63,836 bases of DNA from an uncultured Gammaproteobacteria bacterium (GTDB taxonomy: Bacteria; Patescibacteriota; Microgenomatia; Daviesbacterales; UBA10151), in the NCBI GenBank assembly GCA_964405065.1, contig CAYOMO010000001.1:1-63836 (forward strand), given 5' to 3'. Shown piece by piece: positions 9,216 to 16,899 of the stretch. A program made the position numbers and the translations under genes. The notes beneath the pieces are model-generated. The model did no database searches. It had not been told where the DNA came from and saw nothing but the letters and a program-made list of their open reading frames with translations. The stretch's first letter is position 1. Each line of letters begins with the position of its first letter.

Positions 9216-9301
9216 TTGGAAGTTGGAAGTTAGAGGCTAGATAAAGAGATTGGAAGCTAGAAGTTTGATCTAATATCCAATTTCTAACATCCAACTTCCA
9301 A
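9216..9301 (+). repeat. 86-nt imperfect hairpin built from TTGGAAG-type repeats
   Basis: TTGGAAGTTGGAAGTTAGA (9216-9234) versus TCTAACATCCAACTTCCAA (9283-9301) gives 18 of 19 complementary positions. Inner ATTGGA/TCCAAT and TAGA/TCTA pairs extend the structure. No T-run follows. Confidence 0.5.
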
Positions 9302-9413
9302 ACTACAAATATATTGTGCAAGTTGCCGAACTTACACAGTTAATTTAATGCAACCCAGTTGCTTTTGTCAACCTATCATTTACTTTTTTTATATTAAACT
9401 ATATACTCGCTTC

Positions 9414-9977
9414 ATGAATTCACGTTTTCCTGATCGAGAATCAGTTCCACTGATTAGAACATTTGATGAGATTCCAGTTATGCCGAGACTGATTGAACCA
9501 CATAACCGAATTATTGCTGCTGCTCGAGCCTTTGGTCTTATGGACATGCCCGATACTGTTGAGGCTTATATACGGCTTTCTCAGAGATCTAGAAGTGAAA
9601 CTGGCCAGCAAATTGGAATTACATCTGATAATCCAGTTACTTTGCCTGTTGCTGAAATAGAGATTGATGCTAGAAATGTTCGAAGTGTTGGTCAAGAAGT
9701 TGCTGCTGGTTCATTGATTAGTTGGACTTTATTTAATAATCGGGTCGTAAGAGTTCCTTGGACTAAAGTTAATTTGAACAATCCTGAAGAGGTTTTTAGT
9801 GGAGTGAAAGAGGAAGATGCTGTTAGATTTCAAAGAGTATTGCCACAAGAATCATATTTAATGTTAACTCATACCTATGTTACTCAGTTGAAGGGAATCC
9901 AAGATTGGATGACTAGTGATTTAGGAAATATGTTCCGATTCTTATCGGATTCAGGCTTTAATCCAAATCCTCACTAA
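9414..9977 (+). CDS. Hypothetical soluble protein, arginine-rich orphan
   Basis: Open frame 9348-9977. I prefer the ATG at 9414 (MNSRFPDRES) because the 22 preceding codons (QPSCFCQPIIYFFYIKLYTRF) look like AT-rich promoter DNA and contain a TATACT box at 9402-9407. No TM segment or recognisable motif. 16 Arg versus 3 Lys. Confidence 0.55.
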   Translation: MNSRFPDRESVPLIRTFDEIPVMPRLIEPHNRIIAAARAFGLMDMPDTVEAYIRLSQRSRSETGQQIGITSDNPVTLPVAEIEIDARNVRSVGQEVAAGSLISWTLFNNRVVRVPWTKVNLNNPEEVFSGVKEEDAVRFQRVLPQESYLMLTHTYVTQLKGIQDWMTSDLGNMFRFLSDSGFNPNPH

Positions 9978-9986
9978 TAATTAACA

Positions 9987-11741
9987 CTATTTGTTTGCTG
10001 CCGACGGTGTTGCTTCTACTGGGAAAACTTCTTTTTCTACTCGGTGCCAGAAGATGTATGGGTAGGCTTTGTCGCCTCTTTGGACTCTGCCCAGGACTTG
10101 AATGGCTGGGGAGTATTTGGCTTCGCCTTCGCAGCCTTCGGCATCAACAGCTAGGACATTGTCATTGTTTTTGGTGAATGCATCACGGGAAGGGCAGCGG
10201 ACGCTGGAGAAATAGATGTTTTTATATTGCCAGGCTTTTTCACCGCGATTCATGGCTATTTCATTGAAAGCTTTAGGATCGACTCCAGAAAAATATGCAT
10301 ACCAGGGGTACAAACTATCGGGAATATTTGTTACGATAATTTTGTCGTACTGGTTTTGAAGAAGCAAAATATTTAATGCTGCTTCTTTGGCCCCGACATT
10401 GCGATCTCCAGGGATCGGTGGACGCTGGGGATTGTGAATGAAATACATATGTTCGAAGAAGAGGAAATTGAGGAGTAGTACTGCCATAATACTACCAAGT
10501 ACCAAACGGCGTTTTGGTAAGACGCTGGCCAGATATTCCAGGCCGACTGCTCCGATCATCACTATAAATGGGATCATATACAAAGCCCGCATCTGATTGG
10601 GTGCATCTTCTGTCGTAAGTGAAGCTGGTATAGGTGTTGCCAAGAGAAGTAAAGCTGGAAGTAGGGAATACTTACCTCGAATAATAGCTACAACTCCTGC
10701 AAGTAAGAGGAAAAATTCAATATAACTTAAGACTCCCATTCCGACTGTGTCATATCTGGCTGGTTTAGCTTCAAAAGGAACTAAGAAAAATTTAGCTGAA
10801 AAATACTGAGAAAATTCATTAATTCCTTCTTGTGTCCACAAAACCAGTTTATTATGGAAAATTCTGGCCATTAAAACATCGTTGTGGCCTTCTTCAAAAG
10901 GAAACAGATCCAAATTGTGACGGATATTTAGATCATTAAAGATTGAAACTTGAGAAAAACGGCCTCGGGCTTCTTTATTGAGGCCAAAAAGGACTGTGGT
11001 GAGGGAAATAATTACTATTACTGCCAATATTAATTTATAGTTGAAAACTTTTTTATATTGCCAGGGTTTGGTGTAATAAGCCCAGGTGACTATCAGCAGG
11101 ATTGGAGTTAGTAAGCGAGGCGTGTGGTAGTAGAAGTAAGGCAAAATGAGTGATAAGCAACACGCAACAAGCAAAACGAAAGATGAAAGTGATGTGAGTG
11201 TTTTGTGTTTGATTAAGCGAATAAAAAACAAGAGTCCTAGCAGGCTGAAGAACATCCCGACTATTCCTTCTGAAGAGGCTCGCGAGAGTGAGACATCCCA
11301 GACTGAAAAAGCCAGTAAAAAGGCTGCGAATAAACCAATTTTTTCGCCATTTTTCCCTTCGAAGATCTGTTTGGATAGAAAATAGATCACAAAGACTGTT
11401 AAAGCACCAAACAGAGCCGAAGGAAACCTAACCGCGAATTCATTTTGGCCAAATAAAATAAGGGATGGAATGATGGTGTAGAAATAGCCAGTTGGTCTGA
11501 AATCACCAAATGAGTTGTAATACAGTGGAAAAGCTTTGCCCCAGTCGTCTTCGCCAGTTTTGAGGATTGAGAGAGCGTTCCAGCCCATTTTGACTTCATC
11601 AATATGAAAGCCGGCAGGGTATGAACCTAATAGATACAGCCTCAAGAGTAAGGCAACCAGGAAAATTAAAAAAAGCGGGTGTAAAAGCCGCTTGAAGAGT
11701 GAAACTTTGAATATTTCTTGCATGTTGGTAGTTGAGTTCAT
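9987..11741 (-). CDS. PMT/ArnT-like GT-C glycosyltransferase, paralog 2 of 6 (inverted copy)
   Basis: 584 aa. Carries IDEVKMGWNALSILKTGEDDWG, FGDFRPTGYFY, NEFAVRFPSALFG and ATPIPASLT. It is the only copy on the minus strand. Confidence 0.85.
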   Translation of the reverse strand: MNSTTNMQEIFKVSLFKRLLHPLFLIFLVALLLRLYLLGSYPAGFHIDEVKMGWNALSILKTGEDDWGKAFPLYYNSFGDFRPTGYFYTIIPSLILFGQNEFAVRFPSALFGALTVFVIYFLSKQIFEGKNGEKIGLFAAFLLAFSVWDVSLSRASSEGIVGMFFSLLGLLFFIRLIKHKTLTSLSSFVLLVACCLSLILPYFYYHTPRLLTPILLIVTWAYYTKPWQYKKVFNYKLILAVIVIISLTTVLFGLNKEARGRFSQVSIFNDLNIRHNLDLFPFEEGHNDVLMARIFHNKLVLWTQEGINEFSQYFSAKFFLVPFEAKPARYDTVGMGVLSYIEFFLLLAGVVAIIRGKYSLLPALLLLATPIPASLTTEDAPNQMRALYMIPFIVMIGAVGLEYLASVLPKRRLVLGSIMAVLLLNFLFFEHMYFIHNPQRPPIPGDRNVGAKEAALNILLLQNQYDKIIVTNIPDSLYPWYAYFSGVDPKAFNEIAMNRGEKAWQYKNIYFSSVRCPSRDAFTKNNDNVLAVDAEGCEGEAKYSPAIQVLGRVQRGDKAYPYIFWHRVEKEVFPVEATPSAANK

Positions 11742-11784
11742 TATATACTAAACTGGAGTGTAAATTGGTATAGTTAATCTTGTC

Positions 11785-11805
11785 ATCCTGAATTTATTTC
11801 AGGAT
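11785..11805. promoter_or_regulatory. Perfect 8-bp palindrome ATCCTGAA-N5-TTCAGGAT in a divergent intergenic region (candidate operator)
   Basis: Read directly from the sequence. It sits between the divergent starts of paralog 2 (11741, minus strand) and paralog 3 (11875-11911, plus strand). Confidence 0.35.
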
Positions 11806-11874
11806 CTTCCAACTATATTTAATGTATAGACTTAATGGTTATCATAAAATTTATTTTGTTTGCGATCTTGGAAG

Positions 11875-13584
11875 ATGCCGAAACGAGTTCGGCATGACAG
11901 AATGAGAATAATGAGAACATCGTGGATTTATTTTGGATTATTGGGAGTTGTTATACTTGCATGTGTGCTGCGTTTTGCCTGGCTGGGTCAGATTCCGGCT
12001 GGGGTGACTCCTGATGAGATTCAACAAGGCTACAGCGCTTACTCGATTTTAAAAACCGGCAAAGATGAATGGGGTGATTTTTTACCTATCTTCCCTCGCA
12101 GTTTTGGAGATTATCGCCCACCTTTGTATGTCTATCTGACAATTCCTTCTGTGGCGCTTTTTGATCTGAATATATTTGCAGTCAGACTGCCTTCGGCTGT
12201 GTTTGGTGTTTTGGGCGTGTTAATGATTTATTTGTTAACGCTGGAACTTTTTAAACAACGATTTGTGGCTTTGTTGGCCTCTTTGATCTTGGCTATTTCT
12301 TCCTGGCACTTCTTTTATTCCCGGGCTGCCTGGGAATCCAATGCTACTATTGTCTTTTTCATGCTTGGTTTATGGATGTTTTTGAAAGCGGATAGCGGTA
12401 AGCGGGTAGTCGTTAGGAGTTGGTGGATGGTTGGTTCGGCGGTTTCATTAGGGCTGACGATGTTTGGATACTATTCTTTTCAGATGTTTACACCCCTTTT
12501 TGTAGCTGGTTTGATTGGTTTGAGATCTTTGGAAGGTGGGTTCAAAAGTCATTTGAAAGACAGAACTAAATGGCTGTTTGTGGGAGTATTTGGTTTGTTT
12601 GTACTGATTTTGATGTATGGCCAGCTTTTTACTGGAGCGGGGAGAAGAGCCGGGGATGCGGCTTTATACAACCCGGAAAATGTTACTGCACTGCGAGATG
12701 TACAGGTGAATGATCCATTACCACAGCCATGGGGGCGGGTAATAAATAACAAATTGGGGTATTTAGGCAGCCAATTTGCCCAAAATTATTTAGGGTATTT
12801 CTCGACTACTTTTTTGGCTTCACCTGATCGTTCAGATAGTAGTTTGTACAACTTGCCCGGGCAATGGCTACTGTCGGTGTGGGAGATTGGATTGATCCTG
12901 ACAGGAGCCGTCATGCTTTTTAAAAACCGACAGTTATCGGGAAAAATCCTTGGTTTGTGGATATTAGTAGCGCCGATTCCAGCGGCTTTGACTAGAAATT
13001 ATATGCATACTCAGCGGGTAGAAGTGTTGTTACTAGTATTTCCTATTTTAGCGGCTTACGGATTGTATTCCTTGGTTAGCTTGGTCAAAAGTAGGTATTT
13101 TAAACTGGGATTTTTAGGAATTGTAGCTTTCTTTATGGTAGCATCTGTCGCTAAAAGGCTCGATTTTTACGTTTTTCATCAGTTTGATCGACCGCTTGGT
13201 GGAGTGCATTACAACTATCAGGAGGTTTTTGATTACACCGAGAAAAATAAAGGTCAGTATGATCAGATTATTTTTACCAAATCTCAAGGTCAGCCGCAGA
13301 TATATTTAGCCTTTTATTCAAAGATGGATCCCGAGTATTTTCAGTCACAATCCAAAAACTGGGTCGAATTTGAAAAAGAGTTTAAATTTTTGGATCAGTC
13401 AAATTATGTTTTAGGTAAATATCGTTTTGAAAATGTCGAATGGAATAAATCCAAAGTTGAGCCAAGGACGCTGATTGTTGGAAGTGAACAGGAAACACCG
13501 GATGGTGTGAAATCCTCCAAAGAGATTAAAGATCCTTTTGATAAAATAATGTTTCGTGTTTTTGATACTAACAATGAACTTTAA
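11875..13584 (+). CDS. PMT/ArnT-like GT-C glycosyltransferase, paralog 3 of 6
   Basis: Carries PDEIQQGYSAYSILKTGKDEWG, FGDYRPPLYVY, FAVRLPSAVFG, SSWHFFYSRAAWE and VAPIPAALT. The start is uncertain: tracked TTG 11860, or ATGs at 11875, 11902 and 11911. The short N-termini of the paralogs favour 11902 or 11911. Confidence 0.85.
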   Translation: MPKRVRHDRMRIMRTSWIYFGLLGVVILACVLRFAWLGQIPAGVTPDEIQQGYSAYSILKTGKDEWGDFLPIFPRSFGDYRPPLYVYLTIPSVALFDLNIFAVRLPSAVFGVLGVLMIYLLTLELFKQRFVALLASLILAISSWHFFYSRAAWESNATIVFFMLGLWMFLKADSGKRVVVRSWWMVGSAVSLGLTMFGYYSFQMFTPLFVAGLIGLRSLEGGFKSHLKDRTKWLFVGVFGLFVLILMYGQLFTGAGRRAGDAALYNPENVTALRDVQVNDPLPQPWGRVINNKLGYLGSQFAQNYLGYFSTTFLASPDRSDSSLYNLPGQWLLSVWEIGLILTGAVMLFKNRQLSGKILGLWILVAPIPAALTRNYMHTQRVEVLLLVFPILAAYGLYSLVSLVKSRYFKLGFLGIVAFFMVASVAKRLDFYVFHQFDRPLGGVHYNYQEVFDYTEKNKGQYDQIIFTKSQGQPQIYLAFYSKMDPEYFQSQSKNWVEFEKEFKFLDQSNYVLGKYRFENVEWNKSKVEPRTLIVGSEQETPDGVKSSKEIKDPFDKIMFRVFDTNNEL

Positions 13585-15247
13585 ACATTTGCATTTTCAT
13601 CTTTCGACCATTAATTTCCCATTACTTGGTTTGATACTTTTGATCGCAACTTTACTCAGATTCAGTTTTTTTGGGGTGGTTCCGCCTTCACTCAACTGGG
13701 ATGAAGCCTCACTTGGTTATAATGCCTATTCGATTTTAAAGACCGGTAAAGATGAATGGGGTAGAGTATTCCCGATCTCTTTTGAAGCTTTTGGCGATTA
13801 CAAATTACCGGTGTATGTATATGCAGCGGTGCCTTTTATTGGTGTTTTAGGACTTACAGAGTGGGCGGTCAGGCTGCCATCTATGGTGGCTGGAGTATTG
13901 TCAGTGCTGCTTTTATATTGGATCGTTTTAGTTGAATCTCGCAATCAAAAATGGGCAGTTGCTGCATCACTTTTGTTGGCAGTATCTCCCTGGGCAACAT
14001 TTTTATCACGAGTAGCTCTGGAGGCCAATTTGGCTCTTTGTCTTTTTTTGGTAGGTATGTTTTTTCTGATTTTAGGCTATAAAGTGCATCTGCTGAGTAA
14101 ATCCGAATCCGTTATTTATTTCATGGTGTCAGCTCTGTTTTTTGGTTTAACTCTTTTTACTTACAATAGTGCCCGAGTTTTTGTGCCTCTTTTTTTAATA
14201 ACTGTGGCCTTGGTCCGATTTAAAGCGGTTGGTGAAGTTGGGAAGAAACTGTGGTTACCGGCCCTCGTTTTTTTGCTGTTTGTTGGGGTGGCTGGATATT
14301 TGGCTTTAACTCAGGATTCAGCGTCGCGGTATTATTGGGTGGCGATTGTCGATGATGGAGCGATCAATTTTCTCAATCAGTCACGAGGTGAAAGTCAGCT
14401 GCCAGGGATTGTCACAAAGCTTGTTTATAACCGTTATAGCTATTTTGGGTATGAGTTTTTAAAAAACTACTTGAGTCATTTCTCTCCCTCTTTTTTGTTT
14501 GTTAGAGGTGGAGATAATTATCAGTTTTCAGTTCAAAATATGGGTTTGATGTATGCTTTGGAAGCACCATTTTTGATTTATGGGATCTGGCGAATTCGTA
14601 AATATCCTTCGGCAGCGAAACTGGTTATCCCTTGGATGTTACTAGCGCCGATTCCAGCAGCAATTACCAGAGAATCGCCACATGTGCTACGCAGTATTTT
14701 TATACTAGGAAGTCTGCAGATTTTAGTTGGGTTGGGGATTGTTGATTGTGTTGAATGGTTGAGGAGAAAATGGCATTTGTATCAGCGCTTCTCTTTTGCC
14801 TTAATTGGATTATTAATTGGTCTTAATATTTGGATTTATTTTTCCGCTTATTTGACTCAGTATCCAAATGAATATTCTCAGTCCTGGCAGTATGGTTACA
14901 AACAGGTGATTGAGTTTGTTAAATCAAAACCAAATGTCAATGATAGACCTTTGTATTTCACTAAAAAGTATGGTGAACCGCATATTTTCTATCTCTTTTA
15001 CACCAAATACGATCCGGCCAAATATCAGTCAAATTCATCACTTGTCAGATATCAGCAAAGCAATTGGCGGTGGGTAGATCAGTTGGATAATGTTCATTTT
15101 ATTAATGATTGGGAGATGAAGGAAAAACTGAAAGATCAACATGGCTATGTCATCTCTACTCCGGGAAATTATCCTGGTATTCCGCCAGTACTAAAAAAAG
15201 TTGATTTTCTGGATGGCAAAGGAGCTTTTGAAGTAGTTGAGATATGA
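13574..15247 (+). CDS. PMT/ArnT-like GT-C glycosyltransferase, paralog 4 of 6
   Basis: ATG 13574 (MNFKHLHF) is preferred over the tracked GTG 13556 and overlaps the upstream stop by 11 nt. Carries WDEASLGYNAYSILKTGKDEWG, FGDYKLPVYVY, TEWAVRLPSMVAG, LLAPIPAAIT and C-terminal YGEPHIFYLFYTKYDPAKYQ. Confidence 0.88.
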   Translation: MNFKHLHFHLSTINFPLLGLILLIATLLRFSFFGVVPPSLNWDEASLGYNAYSILKTGKDEWGRVFPISFEAFGDYKLPVYVYAAVPFIGVLGLTEWAVRLPSMVAGVLSVLLLYWIVLVESRNQKWAVAASLLLAVSPWATFLSRVALEANLALCLFLVGMFFLILGYKVHLLSKSESVIYFMVSALFFGLTLFTYNSARVFVPLFLITVALVRFKAVGEVGKKLWLPALVFLLFVGVAGYLALTQDSASRYYWVAIVDDGAINFLNQSRGESQLPGIVTKLVYNRYSYFGYEFLKNYLSHFSPSFLFVRGGDNYQFSVQNMGLMYALEAPFLIYGIWRIRKYPSAAKLVIPWMLLAPIPAAITRESPHVLRSIFILGSLQILVGLGIVDCVEWLRRKWHLYQRFSFALIGLLIGLNIWIYFSAYLTQYPNEYSQSWQYGYKQVIEFVKSKPNVNDRPLYFTKKYGEPHIFYLFYTKYDPAKYQSNSSLVRYQQSNWRWVDQLDNVHFINDWEMKEKLKDQHGYVISTPGNYPGIPPVLKKVDFLDGKGAFEVVEI

Positions 15248-16899
15248 GAAAAATTTCTAATTTAGTTTTAATAACTATTTTGTTATTTGGATTTTCGTTG
15301 AGGTTTTATAGTGTACAGAATATTCCGCCTGGATTGACGTGGGATGAAGCAGCTTTGGGATACAATGCTTATTCTTTGTTAAAAACAGGGAGAGATGAAT
15401 ATGGGGCTGTTTTACCGCTTAACTTAAAGTCTTTTGGTGATTATAAACCGGCTTTGTATGCCTATTTGGATATCCCTTTTGTGGCTTTATTTGGACTCAA
15501 TGAGTTAGCGGTCAGATTACCTTCTGTGTTGGCTGGGGTAATCTTTATTTGGCTCATGTATGCCCTGATGCAGGAACTATTTGCGAAAAAATGGCTCTCA
15601 ATCAGTACTGCCTTGTTTGCCGCTATCTCTCCACTATCACTCCATTTTTCCAGAGGCGCGTGGGAGTCAAATGTGGCAACAGTTTTAAATCTAGGTGGAG
15701 TTTATTTATTTTTAAAAGCTCAGAGAAATAACTGGTGGTATCTGGGAAGCGGAGTATTATTTGGTTTGTCTTTATTAACTTACCAGGGTTCGCGATTGTT
15801 TGTATTACTTTTACTTTTAGGATTATTTCTTATTTATAGAAAATCAATTAAATATTCATCGAAAGGATTTTTAAGCGGGGTCGTTTTTTTGGGATTGATC
15901 GGAGTCGTTTTGGGAATTACATTATTTGTTTTCGGTCAGGGTGACAGGCTTTCAACTACCAATTTTTTTGCTTATACCAGGTCTGATGACCAGATCAATC
16001 AGATTATCAAAGAAGATGGCTTGGAAAAAGGTTCCGTCCCGTATGAATTTCTGCATGGTGAATGGTTTGCTTATGTTCGTGGTTTAGTTGAAAGATATGT
16101 TGTTTACTATTCGCCAAATATCTTGTTTGTGACAGGTGATTATAGCCCTCGTCATAAAGTGGCTGATATGGGTGTTTATCCTTATTATTCCTTGATCTTA
16201 ATGGCTTTGGGAGTGTATTTTTTTGTCACATTTAAATCCAAAGGAGTGGCTGTTTTAGTGTTGTATTTATTGATAGCTCCTCTGCCGGCTGTTTTATCAC
16301 GTGATCTGATTAATATGGTCAGAGCGCTAAATCTAGTTGTTCCTTTTACCATGCTTGAAGCAGCTGGCTTTTATCTATTATTTATAAAACTATACAAATC
16401 ACTGATTGGTAAAATGGTTTTGGTCGGGGTAATTGGATTTATTATGGCAAATTATTCAATGTATTTAGATAGTTATTTTGTTCATACTCCAGTTCAGTAT
16501 TCACAAGGCTATTTGTATGGGTATAAGCAAAGCTTGGGGCTCGCTAACGCTCGTAATAAAGATTTGTGGGATTCATACGATAAAGTAGTTATGACAGATA
16601 CCTATGGACAGCCATATATTTATTACTTATTTTATAGTCAATATGACCCGGCTAAATATCAGCAGCAGGCCGAGCTTGATCGAAATAGTGTGGATGTTGG
16701 GAGTGTGAAACAGATTGATAATATTGAGTTCCGGCATATTTTTTGGCCGGGAGACAGAGGGATTAAAAATAGTTTATTTATCGGTACACTGGAAGAGTTG
16801 CCAGATCAGGATGTGAAGCCTTTTGCTGAGTTTAATCTCAAAGGGGATATTCACTTTTTGGATAATCAGCATGCATTTAGGGTGGTGGAAACAAAATGA
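15244..16899 (+). CDS. PMT/ArnT-like GT-C glycosyltransferase, paralog 5 of 6
   Basis: ATGA overlap with the upstream gene. Carries WDEAALGYNAYSLLKTGRDEYG, FGDYKPALYAY, NELAVRLPSVLAG, IAPLPAVLS and YGQPYIYYLFYSQYDPAKYQ. Confidence 0.88.
   Translation: MRKISNLVLITILLFGFSLRFYSVQNIPPGLTWDEAALGYNAYSLLKTGRDEYGAVLPLNLKSFGDYKPALYAYLDIPFVALFGLNELAVRLPSVLAGVIFIWLMYALMQELFAKKWLSISTALFAAISPLSLHFSRGAWESNVATVLNLGGVYLFLKAQRNNWWYLGSGVLFGLSLLTYQGSRLFVLLLLLGLFLIYRKSIKYSSKGFLSGVVFLGLIGVVLGITLFVFGQGDRLSTTNFFAYTRSDDQINQIIKEDGLEKGSVPYEFLHGEWFAYVRGLVERYVVYYSPNILFVTGDYSPRHKVADMGVYPYYSLILMALGVYFFVTFKSKGVAVLVLYLLIAPLPAVLSRDLINMVRALNLVVPFTMLEAAGFYLLFIKLYKSLIGKMVLVGVIGFIMANYSMYLDSYFVHTPVQYSQGYLYGYKQSLGLANARNKDLWDSYDKVVMTDTYGQPYIYYLFYSQYDPAKYQQQAELDRNSVDVGSVKQIDNIEFRHIFWPGDRGIKNSLFIGTLEELPDQDVKPFAEFNLKGDIHFLDNQHAFRVVETK

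Noticed and set aside
9348-9413. An N-terminal extension of the orphan protein from ATG 9348 (MQPSCFCQPIIYFFYIKLYTRF).
   Set aside because: The sequence looks like translated AT-rich promoter DNA and contains a TATACT box. ATG 9414 gives a plausible soluble N-terminus. This is not certain.
11860-11874. The tracked TTG start of PMT-like paralog 3, and likewise the tracked non-ATG starts at 3669, 13556, 22879, 28762 and 33190.
   Set aside because: In each case a nearby downstream ATG gives an N-terminus that matches the paralogs or the typical family N-terminus, and a tidier junction with the upstream stop. The longer forms cannot be excluded without experimental data.
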